DNA of 64,000 nucleotides from an uncultured Planctomycetota bacterium (lineage in GTDB: Bacteria; Planctomycetota; PLA2; JAEUHO01): positions 224,001 to 288,000 of the forward strand of contig CAVVXN010000003.1 in assembly GCA_963752285.1 (NCBI GenBank), in the 5' to 3' direction. A program made the translations under genes and the position numbers. This document shows, piece after piece, positions 1-11,354 of this stretch (within the stretch, counting starts at the first letter, position 1; each line of letters starts with the position of its first letter). The notes below the pieces were generated by a model that saw nothing but the letters and a program-made list of their open reading frames with translations, made no database searches and had not been told where the DNA came from.

Positions 1-616
1 CTTCGAGGTAGCCGAGGAAGAGCGGAGGGTCGCCGAGCGGGGTGAGGCACCCGCCCACGTTCGACACGACGAAGATGAAGAAGATGACCGTGTGGTACGT
101 GCGACGCCGTTCGCCGTTGATGCGGATCAGCGGTCGGATCAGCAGCATGCTCGCGCCCGTCGTCCCGACGACGTTCGCCAGCACGCCGCCGAGCGCGAGG
201 AGCACCACGTTGTTGCGCGGCGTCGCGCGGAGGTCTCCGGTGACGAGGATCCCCCCGGAGATCACGAAGAGCGCGCCGAGGAGCACGATGAACGCGACGT
301 ACTCGCCGAGCGCGTGCTCGAGGACGGAGATGCCTCCCCGTTCGCGCTCCGCGACGAGCAGCACCAGCACGAGGATGGCGCACACCCCGGCGACGAGGGC
401 CTTGTTCCGGTGGCGCTCCCACCAGTGCGGAGCGAAGAGCGGGAACAGCGCGATCCCGAGGAGGAGGCCCGCGAACGGGAGGACCCACAGCACCGAGAGG
501 TCCTTGGCGAACGGTGCGACGCCGCTGTCCGCCGCCTCTTCGGCGTGGGCCGGAAGAGCCAGCGCCAGGGACGCCGTCGCCAGGACCAGGAGGACGAGGA
601 CGAGCCGGCGGGGCAT
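1..616 (-). CDS. Sodium:proton antiporter / CitMHS_2-type ion transporter (runs off window at 3' end)
   Basis: Manual minus-strand translation (not in ORF track): MPRRLVLVLLV...PFAGLLLGIALFPL...GTTGASMLLIRPL...FFIFVVSNVGGCLTPLGDPPLFLGYL, typical IT-superfamily motifs; TAGAGT -10-like box at 633-628. Confidence 0.85.
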   Translation of the reverse strand, partial: MPRRLVLVLLVLATASLALALPAHAEEAADSGVAPFAKDLSVLWVLPFAGLLLGIALFPLFAPHWWERHRNKALVAGVCAILVLVLLVAERERGGISVLEHALGEYVAFIVLLGALFVISGGILVTGDLRATPRNNVVLLALGGVLANVVGTTGASMLLIRPLIRINGERRRTYHTVIFFIFVVSNVGGCLTPLGDPPLFLGYLE

Positions 617-678
617 GGGTGGGGAGGACTCTACCCGTCCGAGCGGGCGGCGTCTCGCGCGTCCCCCCCGCGCGTCCC

Positions 679-1986
679 TCAGGGCCCGACCCGTTGGCTC
701 CGACCGTGCTTCCGGTGCGCCGCGACGTACGCCTCGAGCAGCGCGAGCTGCCGCGCGAACCCCTGCTCCTCGACGCCCGCGGGACTCTTGAAGTAGGCCG
801 CCGCGTGCGTCATGAGGCCGTGCTCCCCCCGGGCCCCGGCGAAGGCCGCGAGCCGGGCCAGGTCGAGCACGAGGGGCGCGGCGAGCGCCGAGTCGTTGCC
901 CTGCCAGGTGAAGTGCATCGACATCTTGGCGCCGAGGAACCCCTCGAAGTGGATGAAGTCCCAGGCGACCTTCCAGTCGTCGAGGCTCGGCACGTAGTCG
1001 ATCGTCACCTTCGCGTGCAGGTCGTGGTCGCCGAGGATCTGTCGGACCGCTCGGTCCTTCGAGCGCGTCTTGCTCTCGCGCGCCTCCGGGTCGGCCAGCA
1101 CGAATCCGTCGCGGTTGCCGAGGAGGTTGTAGCCCTCCCACGAGAGGACGCGCAGCGCGCGGCCCGCGAAGAGCGGCGCGAGCACGGTCTTCACGAGGGT
1201 CTCGCCGGTCTTGCCGTCGCTCCCCATGTGCGGGACGCGCCGGGCCTCCGCCAGCTCCATCAGCGCCGGGATCGTGCTCGCGGGCGTCGGGGTGAAGTTC
1301 ACGAAGGGCAGGCCGAGGTCGATCGCCGCGTAGGCGTGGAGGAGCGCGCTCGTGAGGCCCTTGCTCGCACGGCGCGCCTCGAGCATCCGCCGGAAGCCGT
1401 CCAGGTGCGCGAACTCGATCGGAAGCCGCCGCGGCGGCTCCGTGCTGGCCACGTGGACCACGACGACCTGCGACAGCGCGTGCGTCTCGCGGAACGCCTC
1501 GAGGTCGGCCTGGATGCCCTCGACGACGCGCCGCGGGCTGCGCGCGCGCGCCACCCGGCCACCCTCGGCGAGCGCCCGGACCGACGGGCTCGGATTCACG
1601 AGGTATCCCGGCGCCAGCGCCGAGGAGGCGCGGGCGAGGTCCTCGTCCAGGGACGACAGCAGGTCCAGGTCGAGGACGCCGGCCCGGCGCGCGTACTCCC
1701 GCGCGGCGCCCGCGAAGTCGGTGTCGCGGATCTCGTGACCCCCGAAGACGAGCTGCCCCACTCCGGGGAGGGCGAGGCCCTCGAAGAGCGGGGTGGAGGT
1801 GAGGAGCCCGACGGGCGGTCGCAGCCCGCGCGCGACCGCGCGCGCGCCGACCACCGCGAGCGTGCCCACGCCGCCGCAGGCGCCGACGAGCCACACGCCG
1901 ACCCGGGGGGCCTCGCGCGACGGAGACCCGCTCCCCGTCGGCCTCGGCCGGCTCGGGCTGCGTCGGGACGCGCCGTCATGGGTCAC
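679..1986 (-). CDS. ino1: myo-inositol-1-phosphate (inositol-3-phosphate) synthase
   Basis: C-terminal part of ORF 679..2829: GVWLVGACGGVGT Rossmann start, VVHVASTE, FVNFTP, GSDGKTGETLVK, NLLGNRDG, DWKVAWD, WQGNDSALAAPLVLDL; GTG start overlaps upstream TGA. Confidence 0.9.
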   Translation of the reverse strand: MTHDGASRRSPSRPRPTGSGSPSREAPRVGVWLVGACGGVGTLAVVGARAVARGLRPPVGLLTSTPLFEGLALPGVGQLVFGGHEIRDTDFAGAAREYARRAGVLDLDLLSSLDEDLARASSALAPGYLVNPSPSVRALAEGGRVARARSPRRVVEGIQADLEAFRETHALSQVVVVHVASTEPPRRLPIEFAHLDGFRRMLEARRASKGLTSALLHAYAAIDLGLPFVNFTPTPASTIPALMELAEARRVPHMGSDGKTGETLVKTVLAPLFAGRALRVLSWEGYNLLGNRDGFVLADPEARESKTRSKDRAVRQILGDHDLHAKVTIDYVPSLDDWKVAWDFIHFEGFLGAKMSMHFTWQGNDSALAAPLVLDLARLAAFAGARGEHGLMTHAAAYFKSPAGVEEQGFARQLALLEAYVAAHRKHGRSQRVGP

Positions 1987-2909
1987 TTCGTCCCTCCGTC
2001 CGGGGTCGCCCCGGTCCCGAAATAGCGCTCGAGCAGCGGCCGCCGGGCGGGCGGGACCGGAAGCGCGGGCGACGCGACCCGGCGCCGCGCCTCCTCGCGT
2101 CGGACCGCCTCGGCCTCGTCGCCCGCGCGCCGGCCCTCGGCGAGGGCCTCGGCGAGGTCGTGCGCGGCGTCGGGGCCCGCGCTGGCGAGGCGTTCGAGGA
2201 TCTCGTTCCCCCGCGCGGCGGCGGCCGCGGCGCTCCGGATCCGCTCGTCCACGAGGCGGTCGGCGAGGCGCGCGGGGTCCTCCGCGGCGTGCGGCCCGAG
2301 GCCGAGCGCGTCGCGCACCGCGGCCGCCGTCGCGGCCTTGTGCGCCGCCTCGGCCGCCCGGCCCGCGAGGTCGCCGCCCGGCGCCCCGGGCGCGGGGCCG
2401 CCGCCGGCCCCCGCGGCGGCCCCCGGGACGGCCGGTCCGGCGGCCGCGCCGACGGGCGGCACCAGGAGGGCCACGAGGGCGAGGAGGCCTCCACAGAGCG
2501 AGAGCGCGAGTCCCCGGGGCGAGAGGAGCCGGACCCGGGGCGGGGCCCGTCGGCCCGGTCCCCAGTGCGCCTCGGCGCCGACCGGGCCCGGGACCGTGGC
2601 GGCGGCCAGACCGCGTCCCCCGGCCTCCGCGACGCGGTCGAGGGCCCAGGCCGCGTCCGAGGGGCGGACGGTCCCGACGCCCCGGGACCGCCGCCAGCCG
2701 AGGACGAGCGCGACGAAGGCGCCGGCCGCGAGGGGGAGCCAGGTGGTCACGCCGTCGGCGCCGAACGCCTTCACGCCGAGCGCGAGGACCGCCGCGGGGC
2801 CGACCGCGGGACCCAGCGGGCCCACCCACGCGCCGATCCGGTCCCGGCGCTCCACCGCGCGCGCCAGCCGCGCCGCAGCCTCCGGCCAGGTGGTCTCCGC
2901 CCGGCTCAT
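1983..2909 (-). CDS. Hypothetical Ala-rich membrane protein
   Basis: MSRAETTWPE... with about 3 hydrophobic segments and C-terminal RRPLLERYF; 4-nt start/stop overlaps (ATGA, GTGA) with both neighbours. Confidence 0.65.
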   Translation of the reverse strand: MSRAETTWPEAAARLARAVERRDRIGAWVGPLGPAVGPAAVLALGVKAFGADGVTTWLPLAAGAFVALVLGWRRSRGVGTVRPSDAAWALDRVAEAGGRGLAAATVPGPVGAEAHWGPGRRAPPRVRLLSPRGLALSLCGGLLALVALLVPPVGAAAGPAVPGAAAGAGGGPAPGAPGGDLAGRAAEAAHKAATAAAVRDALGLGPHAAEDPARLADRLVDERIRSAAAAAARGNEILERLASAGPDAAHDLAEALAEGRRAGDEAEAVRREEARRRVASPALPVPPARRPLLERYFGTGATPDGGTK

Positions 2910-4057
2910 CGCGGCGCGGATCCGATCGGCGGCGGCCGCTCGATCGGGCGCGCTCCGTCCCCCTTCGGTTCGAGCGGCGTCCGGGAGAGGACGATGTCCA
3001 TGTAGAGGGGACCCTCGCCCTCGGGCTTCGGGATGCGCTCGAAGTTGTACGTGTAGTCGTTCCGGAGCGAGGACTCGAGCGCCACCTCGATCAGCGCCGT
3101 GGGCGTGGGCCACACCGAGACCAGGAGGCCCATGTTCTCGGCCGCGAGGCTCTCCTCGCCCGTGTCGGGGTCCTCCGCGCGCGCGGAGCCGGTGAAGCGG
3201 AAGGCGTCCACCGGCAGCACGCTCTTCGCCTCGGGGTCGATCACCCAGTCCGTCGCGAGGGCGAGGTGCTCCTGGCCGGCGTGGCGGTACGCGACACCGA
3301 TGTACACGACGTCGCCCGTGGCCAAGACCCACGTCGGGTCCTTGGGGTCGGAGCCGGGATCGGGGTGGGTCGGCTGACCCGGGCGAAACCCCGCCGCGAC
3401 CATGCCTTTGTAGAGGGCCGTCGCGAGTCCGTGGAGGGCCTCGTACGGGTTCTCGCCGAGATCCTCGAGGTCCTTGTTGCCCACGAGGTGGATCAGCGTC
3501 TCGTGCCCGGCCTGCGGGAAGCGCGTGATGAAGTACTCGATCGGCATGCGCACGTTCGGCGACACGTTGAGGAAACCGCGCACGGTGACGCGGCCGTCCT
3601 CGACCCGGACGCCGTGCTTCTCGGCTTCCTCCCGGTACGCCTTCGCGGTCGCCTCGTCGATCGGGGCGCCGGCGGGGAGGAGGCCCCAGCCGATCAAGGA
3701 GGCGCCGCCGGGACCGCGGCCCAGGCCCTGGACGACCTGCTTGAACATGGCCTTCAGCTGCGAGACCTCGCGCCGGAGGTCGTAGATGTCCTTGCCGAGG
3801 TCCATGTAGTGCTGGTACGTGTCGTCGTCGAGGCGGTCCACGTCGTCTACGAGCTGCGAGAGCGTCTTCGCGGCGTCCTTGGGGAGGCCGGCGTCCTTCC
3901 CCGCCTCGGCGGGGGGCGTGGCCTGGGCCTCGGCGGGGGGGCTTCGTCGCGCCCTCGCCTCCTCCAGGCGGTCGAGCCGCTGCAGGACCGCGAAGAAGCC
4001 GCCGACGACGAGGATCAGCGACGAGACGGCCAGGGAGAGGGCGAGCCTTCCGTTCAT
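2906..4057 (-). CDS. YdjY-domain-like membrane-anchored protein
   Basis: N-terminal TM helix plus coiled coil; IEYFIT...GHETL and F-x-FTGS motifs recalled from YdjY-domain proteins; TAGGAT -10-like box near 4090. Confidence 0.6.
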   Translation of the reverse strand: MNGRLALSLAVSSLILVVGGFFAVLQRLDRLEEARARRSPPAEAQATPPAEAGKDAGLPKDAAKTLSQLVDDVDRLDDDTYQHYMDLGKDIYDLRREVSQLKAMFKQVVQGLGRGPGGASLIGWGLLPAGAPIDEATAKAYREEAEKHGVRVEDGRVTVRGFLNVSPNVRMPIEYFITRFPQAGHETLIHLVGNKDLEDLGENPYEALHGLATALYKGMVAAGFRPGQPTHPDPGSDPKDPTWVLATGDVVYIGVAYRHAGQEHLALATDWVIDPEAKSVLPVDAFRFTGSARAEDPDTGEESLAAENMGLLVSVWPTPTALIEVALESSLRNDYTYNFERIPKPEGEGPLYMDIVLSRTPLEPKGDGARPIERPPPIGSAPR

Positions 4058-4179
4058 CGAGCGCTCCGGCGGACCGGAAGGACGATCCTACGGGGCGGAC
4101 CGCCCCCTGGGACCAAACGACCGCCGCGCGCGGCGGTTCGACCGCGCCCCGCGTCCCGTCGGGCCGACCCGGTTCCGGC

Positions 4180-6714
<2,535 letters not shown>

Positions 6715-6950
6715 GAAACCTCCGGGGGTCATTCTGGCCCGGATCGGGCCCCCCGTCCCCCTGGACCCGGGGTTCCGTCCCCGGGTTGGGGGCGCGGGCG
6801 AGGCCACCGACGGCGTGCCACCCGCCCGGGCCCACCTGCCACATCGGCAGGAACGCCCGGGCGACGAAACCCGTCGCCGGCCCCGGGACTTCGAACGCAC
6901 GGAGCGTGCCATCGCCCGCCCCCGCCTCGAGGGCTTCGAGGGGGCGCGTA

Positions 6951-7958
6951 TCAGGGCGGGGGCGGGAGCCCGATCCGCTCGCGTACCTCGGCGAGTGTCC
7001 GTCGCGCGATCTCCCGCGCGGCCGCCGAGGACGCCTCGAGGACGCGCCGCACGCGCGCTCGGTCCGCGCGTAGCTCCGCCCGCCGGGCGCGCAGCGGTTC
7101 CGTCGCGGCGACCACCGCGTCCGCGACGGCGTCCTTGAGGGGCGCGTAGCGCCGGTCGCCCGTCCGGAACCGGTCCGCGAAGTCGGCCGCGGCGTCGGGA
7201 GCGCCGGCGGCGCCGAGGAGCGTGAGCAGGCCCTCGACGCCGGGGCTCAGCGAGCCGTCCGCAGGGACGTCGCCGGTGTCGGTCACCGCCGAGCGGATCT
7301 TCTTCCGCTGCGCCGCCGGCTCCTCGAACACGCCGATGACGTGCCGCGGCCCGAGCGACTTGCTCATCTTCCTCGTCGGGTCGGCCGGAGAGAGGATCTT
7401 CGGCGTCGTCGTGTGGAGGGCCTCGGGCTCGGGAAAGGTCTCGCCGAACAGGCGGTTGAACGTCCGCGCCACGTCGCGTGCGAGCTCCAGGTGCTGGTCC
7501 TGGTCCTGGCCCACGGGCACGCGGGCCGCCTTGTAGATCAAGATGTCCGCGGCCTGGAGCACGGGATACGAGAAGAGGCCCGCCGAGTACGACGCGCCCG
7601 CCGCCTCGACCTGCCGGGCCTTGTCCTTGAACTGGGTCATCTTCGCGACCCAGGCGTAGGGCGTGATCGAGCCGAGGATCCACTGGAGCTCGGCGTGCTC
7701 GGGTACGAGCGACTGGACGATCAGGGCCGAGCGCTCGGGGTCGAGCCCGCAGGCCATCAGGTCGAGGCCCATGTCCCACGTCCGCTGCCGGAGGCGTGCG
7801 GGCTCGAAGGGCACGGTCAGGGCGTGGTAGTCCACGACGCCGAACAGGCACCGGTGCTCGTCCTGCAAGCGCACCCAGCCCTGGACCGCCCCGAAGTAGT
7901 TCCCGAGGTGGAGCTCGCCGCTCGGCTGGATCAGGGACAGGACCTCGAACGGCGCCAT
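6951..7958 (-). CDS. trpS: Tryptophan--tRNA ligase
   Basis: [15 protein letters not shown] (HIGH), [28 protein letters not shown]. Confidence 0.95.
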   Translation of the reverse strand: MAPFEVLSLIQPSGELHLGNYFGAVQGWVRLQDEHRCLFGVVDYHALTVPFEPARLRQRTWDMGLDLMACGLDPERSALIVQSLVPEHAELQWILGSITPYAWVAKMTQFKDKARQVEAAGASYSAGLFSYPVLQAADILIYKAARVPVGQDQDQHLELARDVARTFNRLFGETFPEPEALHTTTPKILSPADPTRKMSKSLGPRHVIGVFEEPAAQRKKIRSAVTDTGDVPADGSLSPGVEGLLTLLGAAGAPDAAADFADRFRTGDRRYAPLKDAVADAVVAATEPLRARRAELRADRARVRRVLEASSAAAREIARRTLAEVRERIGLPPPP

Positions 7959-8074
7959 CGGACCTCCGCGGGGGCGGAACGGTTCCATACCCGCCGGGCG
8001 GGGGAGGGGGGAGTCCTTTCGCCGGCCCGTCCGCGGCGCGCGCCGGCACGGCGGGCCCGCGTACCATGCCGTCG

Positions 8075-8546
8075 ATGCGGGCCCGTGACCCTCCTTCTGC
8101 TCCTCGCCGTGGGGTGCGCCGGCGGCGGCGACGGGACCGCGTCCTCCCTCCCTCCCGGCGCGGACCTCTCGGGGTTCCGCGTGGCGCGGATCCTCGTGGA
8201 CGCGGTCGAGATGGAGGTCTACGTCGCCGAGACGCCCGACCAGCGGGCCCAGGGGCTCATGAACGCGACGCCGGGCCAGGTCGCGTCGCTGCCGGACGGG
8301 ACGCCCCGGGGGATGCTCTTCTCGTTCGGCCTGGAACGGCCCACCAGCTTCTGGATGAGGGACACGTTCGTCCCGCTGGACCTCGCGTACGCGCCGCTCG
8401 ATGGCACGATCGTCGAGGTCCATGGCCTCGCGCCGCTCGACACCACCTCCGTGCCGTCGGGCCAGCCCGTGGCGTTCGCGCTCGAGGTGCCCGCCGGCAC
8501 GCTCGCCGCGCACGGCCTGGGCGTCGGCAGCGTGATCCGGCCCTGA
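8075..8546 (+). CDS. DUF192 family lipoprotein (in-frame GTG at 8085; ATG 8075 is the likely start if one extra C is an error)
   Basis: [39 protein letters not shown]; lipobox-like LAVGC. Confidence 0.85.
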
Positions 8547-8669
8547 AGCGACGGGGGAGGCGGACGTCCCGTCCTGTCCCGTTCCCGCGCGGCGGGCCGT
8601 TCCCGGAGGCCGGGGTAGGGTTCGCCCCGGCGGCGCCCCGAGAGCCCGGGCCGCCCTCGGAGCCTCGCC

Positions 8670-9158
8670 ATGTCCGCCGACGACCCCGTGCGTGAGAGCC
8701 TCCTCCACCTCCTCTCCGGCGGCGGCGCGCACCGGCCGATGGAGGCCGCCCTCGCCGGATGGCCCGAGGCGCTCCGCGGCGTCCGGCCCGACGGACAGCC
8801 CCACACGCCGTGGCGTCTCCTCGAGCACGTCCGCATCGCGCAATCCGACATCCTGGAGTTCTGCCGCGACCCGGGCCACGTCTCGCCCGCCTGGCCCGAG
8901 GGCTACTGGCCGGCGGGAGACGCGCCGCCCGACGCCGCGGCGTGGGACCGGTCCGTCGCCGCGTTCCTCCAGGACCTTGCGGCCATGAAGGCGCTCGTGC
9001 GGGACCCCGGGAACGACCTCCTGGCCTCCCTGCCCCACACGGACGGAGCGAGCCTGGTGCGGGAGGCGCTCCTGGTCGCGGACCACAACGCGTACCACCA
9101 GGGGCAGATCATGCTCCTCAGGCGCCTGCTGGGGCTGGCCCCGCACGCCGGGCCCTGA
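8670..9158 (+). CDS. DinB family protein
   Basis: AH..., PHTPWRLLEHVRIAQ.DILEF, REALLVADHNAYHQGQ His motifs. Confidence 0.9.
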   Translation: MSADDPVRESLLHLLSGGGAHRPMEAALAGWPEALRGVRPDGQPHTPWRLLEHVRIAQSDILEFCRDPGHVSPAWPEGYWPAGDAPPDAAAWDRSVAAFLQDLAAMKALVRDPGNDLLASLPHTDGASLVREALLVADHNAYHQGQIMLLRRLLGLAPHAGP

Positions 9159-9211
9159 GGCCGGCGAACCCGGACCGGGGCGCGGGCGGCGGCGCGAAGG
9201 ACAAAGCCCGG

Positions 9212-10622
9212 TCAGCGACCGCCGCGGCGCGGCGCGGGCCACCACCTCGCGGAGGCCTTTGTCGCCCATGCCCGGTCCTTGCCCTCGTGGCAGAGGAGGC
9301 ACGCGTTCGGCGTCTTCGCGTCGTCCGGGTTCCGCCGCGGGTCGGGGCTCCAGTACGTGTGCGAGCGGAGTCGCTGCGTGCCCGCGTGGTTCACGATGCG
9401 CGGCATGTGGCACTCGACGCACCGGGCCCCGGCGTTCTTCGCCGGGTCCGACGCCGTGGTGGGTGTGCGCCGCGAGGGCAGGCGCGGCGCGGTACGCCCG
9501 GTGGCACGCGAGGCAGAGCGCGTTGTTCTCGATCGGGAGCTTCAGCGCTGCCGCGCGGTGCGGCTCGTGGCACGTGGTGCAGGTGGGGGACTTCTCGCGT
9601 CCCCTCGCGAGCATGTCGGATTCGCGGTAGTCGGTGAGCTGCTGGTGGTGGTTCGCCGAGGACCCGTCCGGCCAGAACTCCTTCGCGTCGTGCTCGGGCG
9701 TCACCTGGACGTAGTGGGCGTCGAGGACCGTTCCCGGGGTCATGTTGTAGGGGTACGCCAGCCGCCCCGGCAGCCCGGCCGGCGCGCCCTGCTCGGGTCC
9801 CGCCGTCCCCCGGGAGTGGCACTTGCCGCACGCGTCGAGCTGACGGTCGTGGGGAAACGCGCTCGGGGAGAGGATGTTGCCCTTGCCCCCGCCCGCCTTC
9901 ACGTGTTCGAGCCCGGGCCCGTGGCACGCCTCGCAGCCGATCGCCAGCTCCTTCCACCGCGTGTGCCACGTGTGGTCGCTCGCGTCGTAGCCGAGGTCGA
10001 GCCCCGTCGTGTGGCATCCGGCGCACTGGAGCTGCCAGGCCCACTTCTCCGCCGTCCAGAACCCGTCCGTGCCGGGTTCGCCCGACGCGAGTCCCAGCCA
10101 CTCCACGTACTCGTGGTCCTTCCGGTTCCACTGCACGGGCAGCACGCGATACGAACCGTCCGGCAGCTTCGTGAGGTAGCGCTGCTTGTAGCGATTCCCG
10201 ACCGTGCGTTCGATCGCGTACCGGTGCGGCTTCCCGTCGTCGCCCGGCGCCTCGATCACGTAGTGGTCGCCCTCGCGGATCATCTCCATCCGACGACCCT
10301 GGCCGACCTCCAGCACGACGCCGTCCGTCGAGAAGTCGCCGATCACCGAGTGCGGGGTCGCCGCCTGCTCCATGTACGAGTGGAGCGAGGTCTTCCAATC
10401 GGCGTAGGCCTGCGCGTGGCAGGACGCGCACGCGTCGGATCCGACGTAGCCGGGCACGACGTCGTCCAACACCTCGGCGACGCGGCCCGGCGCCTTCGCA
10501 ACCGGTGCGGGGGAGGCCGGGGCGTCCGCGCGCGCGAGCGTCCAGGCGGCGAAGAGAACGGCCACCAGGGCGACGAGGGCCAGGCCCTCTGCGCGACGGG
10601 CGGTCCCGTTCCGGTCCGGCAT
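9212..10622 (-). CDS. Exported multiheme c-type cytochrome (8 CxxCH), frameshifted near 9455
   Basis: Signal peptide; CASCH, CAGCH, CEACH, CGKCH, CTTCH, CLACH in the first frame, then CVECHMP and CLLCH in the frame ending at 9212. Confidence 0.88.
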
Positions 10623-11354
10623 GCGCAGGCTCCGTCGTGGTGCGCGCGCTCGACGCGTCACCCCCGGAGTACACGGTCGCAATCCGGATGCCGCGCGCCG
10701 GACCCCGCGAGCCTGCCGAGGCCCGCTTGCGCGAGACGCCCATCGACCGGAGCCCCGCGCCTCGACGCGCCACACGTCGGCCGCCCTCGAGCCACCACGA
10801 TCCCGGATCGCGGCGCCGCGTTGCTACGGATTCGCAACGGGCCGGCCGGGGCGTTGGCGCGCGCGGCGGTGGGAGGGAACGCTTGCGGACGGCCCGGGAC
10901 TACGGCCCGGAGAAGACGGATACCGTCTTACCATCGACGACGCGACAACCAGGTTGCCGGACGAGCCCGAACCGAGCGCCCGGCGGGCCCCGCGGCGGGC
11001 CGGCGTCCTGACCCCCATCGCGTCCCGGGTGACGGCCGGCCCGTCGTTCCGCCGACCGGCGCGAAGGCCACGGAGCTTCATTTCCAGCCCTTCTAGGGCT
11101 GTGAGCCACCCCGGTCCGGGTCCCCGGAGCCGGACGGGGACCGGCCGGACGCGCCGGCATCGCAACCCGTCGCTCCGGGGCGGCCGGAGGCGGTTCTTCC
11201 CCGGAACGTGCACGCGTGCTCCGCCGCTTCTCCATACGCTCCGCTTATCGCCCCCATGTCCAACTCGATCGTGTGCTACCGACCGGCGCGTGGCCACAAT
11301 GCTGCGCGAAAGAGGCGGGTTGTCCGAGGGCGGTCTGCCCGAACCGGAGAGGCC

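Noticed and set aside
6951..10775. 1274-aa ORF appearing to fuse a multiheme cytochrome to TrpRS
   Set aside because: Artefact of the cytochrome frameshift plus a stop-free antisense read across the DinB and DUF192 genes; trpS has its own GGAGG RBS and ATG at 7958
11055..11125. c-di-GMP-I riboswitch (GGCGCGAAGGCCACGGAGCT resembles the GACGCAAAGCC core; GAAAGAGG occurs in both leaders)
   Set aside because: The GGCAAA element and a GAAA-capped P2 are missing in the right arrangement; an Infernal hit would be needed
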